From: Candidatus Blautia intestinavium
GTDB lineage: Bacteria; Bacillota; Clostridia; Lachnospirales; Lachnospiraceae
NCBI GenBank assembly: GCA_019113745.1
Contig: DXGV01000031.1
Location: forward strand, 5,776 to 69,775
Reading direction: 5' to 3'
Length of the DNA: 64,000 bases
Below, one piece after another: positions 28,282-37,354 of the stretch. The stretch's first letter is position 1. Each line of letters starts with the position of its first letter. Position numbers and translations under genes: made by a program. The notes beneath the pieces were generated by a model, which was not told the DNA's origin, did no database searches, and saw only the letters and a program-made list of their open reading frames with translations.

Positions 28282-29541
28282 ATGGCAATTTTTCAGGCAT
28301 TTCGCGCCCTGCGTCCCGTACCGGAGAAGGCGGAGAAGGTGGCCGCCCTGCCCTACGACGTGGTATCGCGGGATGAGGCGCGGCTTATCGGAGAGAAAAA
28401 TCCGGATTCCTTCCTGCATGTAGATCGAGCGGAGATGGATCTGCCTGCGGATACCGGTCTTTATGACAGCGTTGTGTATGAGAAGGCAAGAGAGAATCTT
28501 CAAATGATGGAAAAAAAGGGGGTTCTTATTCAGGATGAAAAACCCTGCTATTATATTTACGAGCTGACCAGGAAAGGAAAATCCCAGACAGGAATCGTGG
28601 GGTGCAGCTCTATTGATGATTATATAAACGGAACCGTGAAAAAGCATGAGCTCACAAGAGAGGACAAGGAGCTGGACAGAATCCGTCATGTGGACGCCTG
28701 CGACGCCAATACCGGTCCGATCTTCCTGGCCTGCCGCTATTCCGGAAAGCTGATGGGGCTTATGATGAACTGGAAAAAAGAGCATGCGCCGGTTTATGAT
28801 TTCCTGGCGGACGACCAGGTTGGACACCGGGTCTGGGTGATCGACAGCATGGAAGAAATGAAGGATATAGCGGAAGAGTTCCGGAAAATCCCCTCTTTAT
28901 ACATTGCAGACGGACATCACCGCGCGGCTTCCGCCGTCAAAGTGGGACTGAAGCGGCGGAAAGAACATCCGGGATATACCGGAAAGGAGGAATTCAATTA
29001 TTTTCTTTCCGTTGTATTTCCCTTTGACCAGTTGACGATCCTTGCGTACAACCGCGTGGTAAAAGATCTGAACGGCCTTTCCGAGAAGGCTTTTCTCGCA
29101 GGACTGAAATTCAATTATGAGCTTATGCTTATGCCGGGATTTCCCTGCAAGCCGGTGGAAAAGCATTGCATGGGTATGTATCTGGGCGGGGAATGGTATC
29201 ATCTGAAGGCCTGGGAGGATATTTACCGGAAAAAGGATATTGTGGGCCAGCTTGATGTGTCCATTCTTCAGGAAAAGGTTCTGTCTCCTGTTCTTGGGAT
29301 ACAGGACCCCAGAACGGACAAAAGGATCCGGTTTGTAGGAGGAAGCCATAAGCTTTCTGAACTTCAGGCAATGGCGGACGAGACGGGAGGAGTTGCTTTT
29401 GCGATGTTTCCCACATCTATGGAGGATCTGATGCAGATTGCGGACGAAGAGAAGCTGATGCCTCCGAAATCTACCTGGTTTGAACCGAAACTGCGCAGCG
29501 GCCTGTTTATCCACAAGCTGGAAACCGGCGAAAGCCCATGA
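28282..29541 (+). CDS. DUF1015 family protein
   Basis: 'AALPYDV', 'KKHELT', 'YIADGHHR', 'MPPKSTWFEPKLRSGL'. Confidence 0.9.
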   Translation: MAIFQAFRALRPVPEKAEKVAALPYDVVSRDEARLIGEKNPDSFLHVDRAEMDLPADTGLYDSVVYEKARENLQMMEKKGVLIQDEKPCYYIYELTRKGKSQTGIVGCSSIDDYINGTVKKHELTREDKELDRIRHVDACDANTGPIFLACRYSGKLMGLMMNWKKEHAPVYDFLADDQVGHRVWVIDSMEEMKDIAEEFRKIPSLYIADGHHRAASAVKVGLKRRKEHPGYTGKEEFNYFLSVVFPFDQLTILAYNRVVKDLNGLSEKAFLAGLKFNYELMLMPGFPCKPVEKHCMGMYLGGEWYHLKAWEDIYRKKDIVGQLDVSILQEKVLSPVLGIQDPRTDKRIRFVGGSHKLSELQAMADETGGVAFAMFPTSMEDLMQIADEEKLMPPKSTWFEPKLRSGLFIHKLETGESP

Positions 29542-29605
29542 ATAAGGGATTTTTAAAGAAAACTGAATAGAACAGGATCAAAATGAATAAAAATACGCGG
29601 GAGAG

Positions 29606-31054
29606 GTGACAGTTTTGAAAAAGATTTTGAGTGTTTTGACAGTTTTTCTTATGATTTCTCTGACCTGCCCTGTATCTGTATGGGCGGCGGGAGAAAGCGG
29701 CGCAAAGGCCGGCGTGCCGATATGGCTCTGTATTCCATTTGCCGGCCTGCTGCTCTGCATTGCGATCATGCCCCTTGTAAAAGGAGAATGGTGGGAGGCT
29801 CACCAGCCTCTGGTAGTGGCTCTGTGGATCATTGTCCTTGTGATCCCCTTCGCCGTACTTTACGGAGTGGGCGATACGGTAGAGACAGTGCTGGAATGTA
29901 CAGTGAATGATTATCTTACTTTTATCATCCTGCTTTTCGGCCTGTTCTGTGTCTCGGGAAATATCACCATGGAGGGCGATTTCGCAGGTTCCCCCAGGAT
30001 CAATGTGGGACTTCTTGCCATCGGAACTCTGTTGGCAAGCTGCATCGGAACTACAGGAGCCAGTATGCTGATGGTTCGTCCGGTGATAAAAATGAATTCC
30101 TGGAGAAGAAGAAAAAGCCACATCATGATATTTTTCATCTTTATGGTATCCAATATGGGCGGCTGTCTGACCCCCATCGGGGATCCGCCTCTTTTGATGG
30201 GCTTTATGAGAGGGGTTCCGTTTTTCTGGAGTCTCCATCTTTTCCCGGTGCTGCTCTTTAATATGGTGATCCTTCTCTTTATCTTCTATCATCTGGATAA
30301 GAGAAATTACCGGAAAGACATTGCGGAGGGACGGAAACCGGATATCAGCAAGCCGGGGACCGAGTTCAGGATCGACGGCCTTCATAATATTATTTTCCTT
30401 ATTATGATTGTGGCGGCTGTTATTTTAAGCGGCGTTCTTCCAGGTATGCCCGCTTTTCAGGACGCGGCGGGAAATGTAAGAGGAATCCATATTTTCGGAG
30501 AAGTTTCCTTAAGCTTCCCATCCCTGATCGAGATCGTGCTGATCCTTCTGGCCGCTTTCTTATCCTTTAAAACTACAAAGAAAGAGATCAGAACGCGGAA
30601 CCATTTTACCTGGGGAGCGATCCAGGAGGTTGCAGTTCTTTTTATCGGAATTTTTATCACCATGCAGCCGGCGCTTATGCTTCTGAAAGCGGTAGGACCG
30701 AACCTGGGGCTTACAGAACCGGCTCAGATGTTCTGGGCGACAGGAGCTCTGTCAAGCTTTTTGGACAATACGCCTACATATCTTGTGTTCCTGACGACTG
30801 CGGGTACTCTTGGATTTACAAGCGGAATTTCAACCACGCTTGGAACGCTGCCGGAAAAAATGCTTTCCGCCATTTCCTGCGGCGCCGTCTTTATGGGGGC
30901 CAATACTTATATCGGAAACGCGCCTAACTTTATGGTGAAGTCCATCTCTGATGAAAACGGTGTCAATATGCCGTCCTTCTTCGGATATATGCTGTGGTCC
31001 GTTTCAATCCTGATCCCGGTATTCATCATAGATATGCTTGTATTCTTTTTATAA
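29606..31054 (+). CDS. IT-superfamily sodium:proton antiporter-like transporter
   Basis: 'IGTTGASML', 'NMGGCLTPIGDPPL', 'SSFLDNTPTY', 'TYIGNAPNFMV'. Confidence 0.8.
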   Translation: MTVLKKILSVLTVFLMISLTCPVSVWAAGESGAKAGVPIWLCIPFAGLLLCIAIMPLVKGEWWEAHQPLVVALWIIVLVIPFAVLYGVGDTVETVLECTVNDYLTFIILLFGLFCVSGNITMEGDFAGSPRINVGLLAIGTLLASCIGTTGASMLMVRPVIKMNSWRRRKSHIMIFFIFMVSNMGGCLTPIGDPPLLMGFMRGVPFFWSLHLFPVLLFNMVILLFIFYHLDKRNYRKDIAEGRKPDISKPGTEFRIDGLHNIIFLIMIVAAVILSGVLPGMPAFQDAAGNVRGIHIFGEVSLSFPSLIEIVLILLAAFLSFKTTKKEIRTRNHFTWGAIQEVAVLFIGIFITMQPALMLLKAVGPNLGLTEPAQMFWATGALSSFLDNTPTYLVFLTTAGTLGFTSGISTTLGTLPEKMLSAISCGAVFMGANTYIGNAPNFMVKSISDENGVNMPSFFGYMLWSVSILIPVFIIDMLVFFL

Positions 31055-31069
31055 GGAGGTCGGACAGTT

Positions 31070-32059
31070 ATGCAGGAAAATCAGGAGAAATATACAGAAC
31101 TGGCAAACAGGATCTACGATCTGGACGGAGAGGTGTACGAATGTGTGGGCTCCAATCTGGGACGCACGTTTACAGGCGGCCGTGAGCGCACAGTGAGAAC
31201 TCTTAGTATGTTGATGTATACAAAGCCCGACGGACATCTGCTCCGGAGCGAGCTTGCCCTTATCAGCAACATGGCCAGGACGATCAAAGACAAAGAAGAG
31301 AAGTCCCGGCTGATGGAAAAATACAATCAGATACTGAAAGAGATCGAAGAGCTTCCGGATGTATTTGGCAAGGAAGATATTGTGGACGCGGAGCGTGTGG
31401 CCCTGAATAACCTTGTAGCGAAAAGAGAAAAAATATCGGAGGACGATCATCTGGTGATCTGTATTAGCAGAACCCAGGGAAGCGCCGGAAACGATATCGG
31501 CTTTGAACTGGCGGACGAGCTGAAGATCAATTATTATGATGTGGAAATTTTCGACCAGGTTATGAAGCGGCTGGAAGCGGAAAAAGATGCGGTAAGCGAT
31601 AAGGAAAATTTCACGGACTTCAATAAATATGGGAAGAAGAGCCCGGAAAGCCTCAAAACAAGATTGCGGGAGTTTAACCGTTATCACGGACTTCCAAAGC
31701 AGGACGCCGTGTTCTTTAATATGAGCGATCTGATATGTAATCTTGCCCGCACAGAAGACTGTATCATTATGGGACGCTGCGCAGACGCGATTCTGCGAAA
31801 TAATCATATCCCTCATGTAAGTCTGTTTATCAGCGCGCCTTTTAGCGTGCGTGTGCAGCACATTATGGCGGTGCGTAATATGGGGCTGAGACAGGCGGCC
31901 CGCTTCCTGAAAAAAATGGACAGGCAGCACAGAAGATATTATGAATTTTATACAGGCGAAAAATGGGGTAAACCGGAAAACTATGATCTTTGCATCAACA
32001 GCGCCAATTACGGCATCAAGGAAACAATCGATGTGATCAAACGTCTGCTTAAACAGTAA
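31070..32059 (+). CDS. Cytidylate kinase-like family protein with N-terminal extension
   Basis: 'ICISRTQGSAG', 'IIMGRCAD', 'YDLCINS'. Confidence 0.8.
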   Translation: MQENQEKYTELANRIYDLDGEVYECVGSNLGRTFTGGRERTVRTLSMLMYTKPDGHLLRSELALISNMARTIKDKEEKSRLMEKYNQILKEIEELPDVFGKEDIVDAERVALNNLVAKREKISEDDHLVICISRTQGSAGNDIGFELADELKINYYDVEIFDQVMKRLEAEKDAVSDKENFTDFNKYGKKSPESLKTRLREFNRYHGLPKQDAVFFNMSDLICNLARTEDCIIMGRCADAILRNNHIPHVSLFISAPFSVRVQHIMAVRNMGLRQAARFLKKMDRQHRRYYEFYTGEKWGKPENYDLCINSANYGIKETIDVIKRLLKQ

Positions 32060-32063
32060 AAGT

Positions 32064-32118
32064 AAATGAAAAACAGTCCCTGGGGAAAGGAAAATCCCTC
32101 AGGGACTGTTTTTCATTT
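32064..32118. terminator. Bidirectional terminator
   Basis: AAATGAAAAACAGTCCCTG / CAGGGACTGTTTTTCATTT inverted repeat between convergent genes. Confidence 0.8.
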
Positions 32119-32127
32119 TGCATGGCA

Positions 32128-32772
32128 TTACTTGTTTACGTCAATATAGCTGTAAAGCGTGTACTTGGAAATCCCGAAATAATTCGCCACTTTATCTCCG
32201 GATTTTGTGATCAGGAAGGCTCCGGAATCGTTGAGGAACTGGATCGCGGTCACCTTGTCCTCTTTATTCATCAGAGCCACAGGCTTGCCCACAAGAGCAA
32301 CGGACTCTTCGATCAGATGATCCAGCAGATCGTTCACATTGTGGGTGATCTCACGTGGCTTCTCTTCTTTGTTGACCGGGGTGATAAGAGAATGAAGAGC
32401 GCTTTCTACGATAGTAAGCTTTGAAATATCATAATTGATGCCGAAAACATAGTGGAGACTGCCGTCGTCGTCCCTGATATAAGAAGTACTGCATTTCAGG
32501 ATCTTGCCGTCGGATGTTTTCATTAAATAGCCGGCGTGGTCTTTCAGCTCCTCCTGTTTCTTATCTTTTTTATTATTGTGCCGTATTACGTCGAACACTG
32601 CATTGGAAGGACCGTCGCCAATCCCTCTGTTGGTGACGTGGCCGTTTTCGATATATACAATGGAGTGTTCCGGGTCGTTTGTTTTCAGGTCATGGATCAC
32701 AACTTCGCATTCCGGCCCAAACTGGCAGGCAATGTCGTGTGCGATTTGTTTTAATACAGTCAGTCGTCCCAT
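32128..32772 (-). CDS. YheO-like PAS + HTH transcriptional regulator
   Basis: 'FGPECEVVIHDL', 'IENGHVTNR', 'GAFLITKS..VANYFGISKYTLY'. Confidence 0.88.
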   Translation of the reverse strand: MGRLTVLKQIAHDIACQFGPECEVVIHDLKTNDPEHSIVYIENGHVTNRGIGDGPSNAVFDVIRHNNKKDKKQEELKDHAGYLMKTSDGKILKCSTSYIRDDDGSLHYVFGINYDISKLTIVESALHSLITPVNKEEKPREITHNVNDLLDHLIEESVALVGKPVALMNKEDKVTAIQFLNDSGAFLITKSGDKVANYFGISKYTLYSYIDVNK

Positions 32773-32956
32773 ATACATTCCTCCTCGTAGTTCTTATTCA
32801 TCAATATAACATACCGGAAAAAAAATAAAAAGATTTTTCCCAAAAAAATTTTGTGCGCCAAATGAAAATTGCTCTTTTTAGGGGCAGATTCAGGGAATTG
32901 TCAGTTGAAGAAAAAGGAAAACAATGATATATTAATAAAAAAGTGAGAATTTTGGG

Positions 32957-34339
32957 GTGAAGATGATGAAATATTTGTTAAAAAATGGGACGGTTATTTC
33001 CGGAACAGAGATGAAAAAAGCAGATATTCTGATCCAGGATGAAAAAATCGCAGAGGTAGGGAAAAATCTGAAGGCAGAGGACGCCAGGGTACTGGATGTG
33101 ACCGGAAAGCTTCTGTTTCCCGGATTTATCGACGGACATACTCATTTTGACCTGGAGGTTGCAGGCACGGTAACCGCGGACGATTTTGAGACAGGTACAA
33201 AAGCGGCTATACTCGGGGGAACTACCCTGGTGATCGACTATGCTTCTCAGGATAAAGGAGGACATACTCTCGGGGAAGGACTGGAGAAATGGCACAAAAA
33301 GGCCGACGGAAAATGTTCCTGCGACTATTCTTTCCACATGTCCATTGTAGAGTGGAACGAGAAAACGGAAGAAGAAATTCAGGATATGATCGATCATGGG
33401 ATCACAAGCTTTAAACTGTATATGACGTATCCGGCAATGATGGTGGACGACAAAGATATGTATAAAATCCTGAAAAAGCTAGCAAAGTGCGGCTGTTTTG
33501 CAGGAGTACACTGTGAGAACGCCGGGGTGATCGACGCACTGATCGATCAGGCGAAAAAAGAAGGCCGCACGGGTCCGGAAAATCATCCGCTGGTACGTCC
33601 GGATACTCTGGAAGCAGAAGCGGTCCACAGACTTCTGGTGATTGCCAGGGAGGCGGGAGCTGCTGTAATGGTCGTGCATCTGACCAACAGGAAGGCTTAT
33701 GAGGAAATCTTAAGAGCAAGAGCCCAAGGACAGACCGTATATGCGGAGACCTGCCCCCAGTATCTGCTTCTGGAGGACAGCGTTTACTCAAAGCCGGATT
33801 TTGGCGGAGCAGTCTATGTGTGCGCACCGCCGATCCGAAAAAAAGAAGACCAGGACTGTCTGTGGGAGGCTCTTAAAAAAGAGGAGATCCAGACGGTGGC
33901 CACAGACCAGTGCAGCTTTACGCTGGAGCAAAAAGCTCTTGGAAAAGATGATTTTACAAAGATCCCGGGAGGGCTGCCGGGAGTCCAGACCCGGGGAACC
34001 CTTCTCTACACATATGGGGTCCGTGCAGGAAAAATCACAGAAGAGCAGATGTGCAGACTGCTCAGCGAGAACGCGGCAAAGCTTTACGGCGTATATCCCA
34101 GAAAGGGAGCCCTCCTTCCCGGAAGCGACGCGGATATTGTGGTTTTTGATCCGGAGAAGGAGAGCGTGATCTCTGCAAAAACACATGCTTATAACACAGA
34201 CAACAATCCCTTTGAGGGATTTGCCCTCCACGGCGGGATCGATAAAGTATTTCTCAGAGGAAATCTTGCCGTAGAGGACGGAGAACTGAAAAAAGAAAAG
34301 CTGGGGATGTATATTTCCAGAGGTAAAAAACAACTGTAG
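32957..34339 (+). CDS. hydA: Dihydropyrimidinase/hydantoinase (HyuA-like)
   Basis: 'PGFIDGHTH', 'SFKLYMTY', 'HCEN', 'ETCPQY', 'KIPGGLPG'. Confidence 0.92.
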   Translation: MKMMKYLLKNGTVISGTEMKKADILIQDEKIAEVGKNLKAEDARVLDVTGKLLFPGFIDGHTHFDLEVAGTVTADDFETGTKAAILGGTTLVIDYASQDKGGHTLGEGLEKWHKKADGKCSCDYSFHMSIVEWNEKTEEEIQDMIDHGITSFKLYMTYPAMMVDDKDMYKILKKLAKCGCFAGVHCENAGVIDALIDQAKKEGRTGPENHPLVRPDTLEAEAVHRLLVIAREAGAAVMVVHLTNRKAYEEILRARAQGQTVYAETCPQYLLLEDSVYSKPDFGGAVYVCAPPIRKKEDQDCLWEALKKEEIQTVATDQCSFTLEQKALGKDDFTKIPGGLPGVQTRGTLLYTYGVRAGKITEEQMCRLLSENAAKLYGVYPRKGALLPGSDADIVVFDPEKESVISAKTHAYNTDNNPFEGFALHGGIDKVFLRGNLAVEDGELKKEKLGMYISRGKKQL

Positions 34340-34350
34340 ACGCCCTCTGT

Positions 34351-35643
34351 TCAGCAGTCCTGATTGATATTGGCCCGGTCGATCATAACGTTCAGGATTT
34401 CCGTATCGGTGGCGCGCATTCCCACCCGGCCGATATAGCCCATGCTTTTGATGGTTTCTTCTACGTCGCCTTTTATGATCCCTTCCCCGGGCAGGAAGCT
34501 TTTGTTCTGGATGCTCAGGTGGAAGGCCATAAGGGCGGCGTCTACAGAGGAAGCGATCTTTGCAGCGCAGGAGGGTTTCGCTCCGTCGCAGACAATGCCG
34601 CCTACGTTTCCGAGGGTGTTAATGATCGTCAGGGAAACCTGGTGATAATTTCCGCCATACATATAAGTAATTCCCGCTCCGGCGCCGCAGGCCGCGCTGA
34701 CAGCTCCGCAGTAGGCGGAAAGGCTGCCTATGTAATATTTCTGATGGATGGCGATGAGATTGCTGACAACGAGAGAACGGTACAGCTTTTCTTTTGACAC
34801 CTCCCATTCCTCCGCATAGACAATAACGGGAAGGGAAACGGTGATTCCCTGGTTTCCGCTGCCGGAATTGATGACGACAGGCATGGAACAGCCTCCCATA
34901 CGGGCGTCGCTTCCGGCTGCGGCTCTGGCGCAGGCCCGGGTGGTAGCGCCTTTTCCCCAGACGTGCATCAGTGTTTTTCCGATCTGGGCGCCGTAATTAT
35001 TGTCAAGGCCCTCCTGGGCAATGGCAGTGTTCAGCCGTATCTGCCGGCCGATCACCTCCTTAATATCCTCAAGTTTTACCTGGTCGGCAAAGTCCAGGAT
35101 ATCTTTCACAGTCAGCCTTGATTTGTCTACGGCGGAGCCTTCCTCTTTTTTCTGAAGACTATTTTCCAGAAGGACGTTTCCGTCTTTTTCCATTTTAACG
35201 ATATTAGTGTGCTGTTCGGCAATGGCAACTTCGGCGTAATGGCCGTCTTTTCTGACTTTTGCCGAAATATAGAGATTTGGCACATTCTCGGCCAGAGAAC
35301 AGGTGCAGATTCCTTTTTGAACCAGCTCCTTTGCCTTTTGAATATGTTCCGGAGTGATCCCTTCCAGAACTTCCAGGGCTTTGTCCGCGTTTCCTCCTGT
35401 TATGCCGAGAACAGCCGCGATGTCGATCCCTTTAAGACCTCCTGAATTGGGAACGGTGACGCCTTTCACATTTTTGATAATATTTCCGCTTAACTTCATC
35501 TCAACAGAATCCGGAAATTCTCCCAGAAGCTGGCGGGCCCTGGCTGCCGCGTAGGCAATGGCGATGGGCTCTGTACATCCCAGAGCCGGGACCAGTTCTG
35601 ATTTCAGAATATCCAGATAATTTTTATACAGTGCTGAATCCAT
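34351..35643 (-). CDS. L-cysteine desulfidase / serine dehydratase-alpha family (CyuA-like)
   Basis: 'PALGCTEP', 'SDARMGG', 'SGSGNQG', 'LSAYCG', 'CDGAKPSCAAK'. Confidence 0.85.
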   Translation of the reverse strand: MDSALYKNYLDILKSELVPALGCTEPIAIAYAAARARQLLGEFPDSVEMKLSGNIIKNVKGVTVPNSGGLKGIDIAAVLGITGGNADKALEVLEGITPEHIQKAKELVQKGICTCSLAENVPNLYISAKVRKDGHYAEVAIAEQHTNIVKMEKDGNVLLENSLQKKEEGSAVDKSRLTVKDILDFADQVKLEDIKEVIGRQIRLNTAIAQEGLDNNYGAQIGKTLMHVWGKGATTRACARAAAGSDARMGGCSMPVVINSGSGNQGITVSLPVIVYAEEWEVSKEKLYRSLVVSNLIAIHQKYYIGSLSAYCGAVSAACGAGAGITYMYGGNYHQVSLTIINTLGNVGGIVCDGAKPSCAAKIASSVDAALMAFHLSIQNKSFLPGEGIIKGDVEETIKSMGYIGRVGMRATDTEILNVMIDRANINQDC

Positions 35644-35780
35644 CTTTCTTTCCTTTCCATATCTGATATATATCTGTCGATACCTGGAAAGTATATTATA
35701 AATTTCCTGTGAATTCAATGAAAATCCACCATAAAATAATGGACAGGAGGGATTTTATTGTCGAAATTATCAAAAATTTC

Positions 35781-35937
35781 TTGTTGGGAAAAGAAAGCCG
35801 TGCTATAATAAAAAGAACACCGGACTTTTAAGGGAAAACCTGCGAAGAATGGCACAAGAAATCAATGAAAGAACAGACTGCGGCGGGAGCTGCGGTTTTT
35901 CTGCGTACATTCCGGTGCTTTCTGGCGCCGGTTTTTT
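35781..35937 (+). promoter_or_regulatory. Promoter plus leader with terminator hairpin upstream of hydrogenase maturation genes
   Basis: TTGTTG-17-TATAAT (35804-09, TG-extended); CCGGTGC/GCGCCGG stem (35912-31) followed by T6. Confidence 0.5.
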
Positions 35938-35969
35938 CTTACAGAAAAATCCGAAAAAAGGAGATGTAT

Positions 35970-36230
35970 ATGGAGACAAGAATTGCAGTAACTGCCATCA
36001 TTGTGGAGGACCGCTCCAAAAGCGGAGAGCTGAACCGCCTGCTCCACGATTATGGGGAATATATCGTGGGAAGAATGGGAGTGCCGTATCGGGAAAGAGG
36101 CGTGTCGGTGATCAGCGTTATCCTGGACGCGCCCCAGGAGGTGATCAGCGCCCTTACCGGCAAACTTGGAATGCTGGAGGGTGTTTCCAGTAAAACCGTC
36201 TATTCCAGACTTCCGGAGAAAAAAGAATGA
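35970..36230 (+). CDS. TM1266 family iron-only hydrogenase system regulator (ACT-like)
   Basis: 'METRIAV..IIVED', 'IVGRMGVPY', 'ISALTGKLG'; precedes hydE. Confidence 0.85.
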   Translation: METRIAVTAIIVEDRSKSGELNRLLHDYGEYIVGRMGVPYRERGVSVISVILDAPQEVISALTGKLGMLEGVSSKTVYSRLPEKKE

Positions 36231-37330
36231 GCGCCCCGTTTTCCGGACAGGAACAGGGGAAAGAGCTGGTAGACAAGCTGTACCGTAACGGCGGACTTAC
36301 AAAAGAAGAGTTCTGCGAGTTGATAAAAAAACGCGGAAAAGAAACGGAGAGGTACGCCAGAAAACTGGCCTGTCAGGTGAGAGAAAAAGTATACGGAAAT
36401 CAGATATATATCCGGGGGCTGATCGAATTTACCAATTACTGTAAAAACGACTGTTATTATTGTGGTATCCGGAAAAGCAACGGAAACGCCCAACGTTACC
36501 GTCTGAAGCAGGAGGACATACTGGAATGCTGTGAAGAAGGCTACAGCCTGGGGTTTCGGACTTTTGTCCTTCAGGGCGGCGAGGACGGCTATTTTACAGC
36601 GGAAAGGATGGAAAAGATCATCCGGACGATTAAAAAAAGATTTCCTGACTGCGCCCTGACCCTGTCGGTAGGAGAGAAGGATGAAGAGACATACAGAGTC
36701 TACCGGGAAGCGGGGGCGGACAGATATCTTCTCCGCCATGAAACGGCCGACGAGGCGCATTACAGGAAACTGCATCCGGAAAATCTGTCCCTGAAACACC
36801 GGAAAGACTGTCTCTGGACATTAAAAAAACTGGGCTTTCAGACAGGCGCGGGATTTATGGCAGGATCTCCGGGACAGACAGAGGAGACGCTGGCGGAGGA
36901 TTTCCTGTTTCTGAGAGAACTTCAGCCGGAGATGGTAGGGATCGGGCCTTTTATCGCGCACAGGGATACGCCTTTCAGGGACGAGCCTGACGGAACTTTG
37001 GAGGATACGCTTTTTTATCTTGCGCTGACCCGGCTGATGATGCCGCGGGTCCTTCTCCCGGCTACAACGGCGCTGGGAACGATCCATTCCGGGGGACGGG
37101 AACTGGGAATACTTTCCGGGGCCAATGTGGTGATGCCAAATCTTTCGCCCGTTTCAGTAAGGAAAAAGTATATGCTTTACGATGGAAAAATCTGTACAGG
37201 AGACGAGGCTGCGGAACATCTGTCCGACCTGGGCCGCCGTATGGAAAAGATCGGATGCCGGATCGTAACAGACCGGGGAGATTTCAGAAAAGATATCCCG
37301 GGGGAATCCGGGCGGACGCGGAAAAAATAA
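36227..37330 (+). CDS. hydE: [FeFe]-hydrogenase radical SAM maturase HydE
   Basis: 'CKNDCYYC', 'RYLLRHET', 'PATTAL', 'GANVVMPN', 'YMLYDGKIC'. Confidence 0.92.
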   Translation: MSAPFSGQEQGKELVDKLYRNGGLTKEEFCELIKKRGKETERYARKLACQVREKVYGNQIYIRGLIEFTNYCKNDCYYCGIRKSNGNAQRYRLKQEDILECCEEGYSLGFRTFVLQGGEDGYFTAERMEKIIRTIKKRFPDCALTLSVGEKDEETYRVYREAGADRYLLRHETADEAHYRKLHPENLSLKHRKDCLWTLKKLGFQTGAGFMAGSPGQTEETLAEDFLFLRELQPEMVGIGPFIAHRDTPFRDEPDGTLEDTLFYLALTRLMMPRVLLPATTALGTIHSGGRELGILSGANVVMPNLSPVSVRKKYMLYDGKICTGDEAAEHLSDLGRRMEKIGCRIVTDRGDFRKDIPGESGRTRKK

Positions 37331-37354
37331 AGAAAGAAAAGAGGAGTTCAGTAA

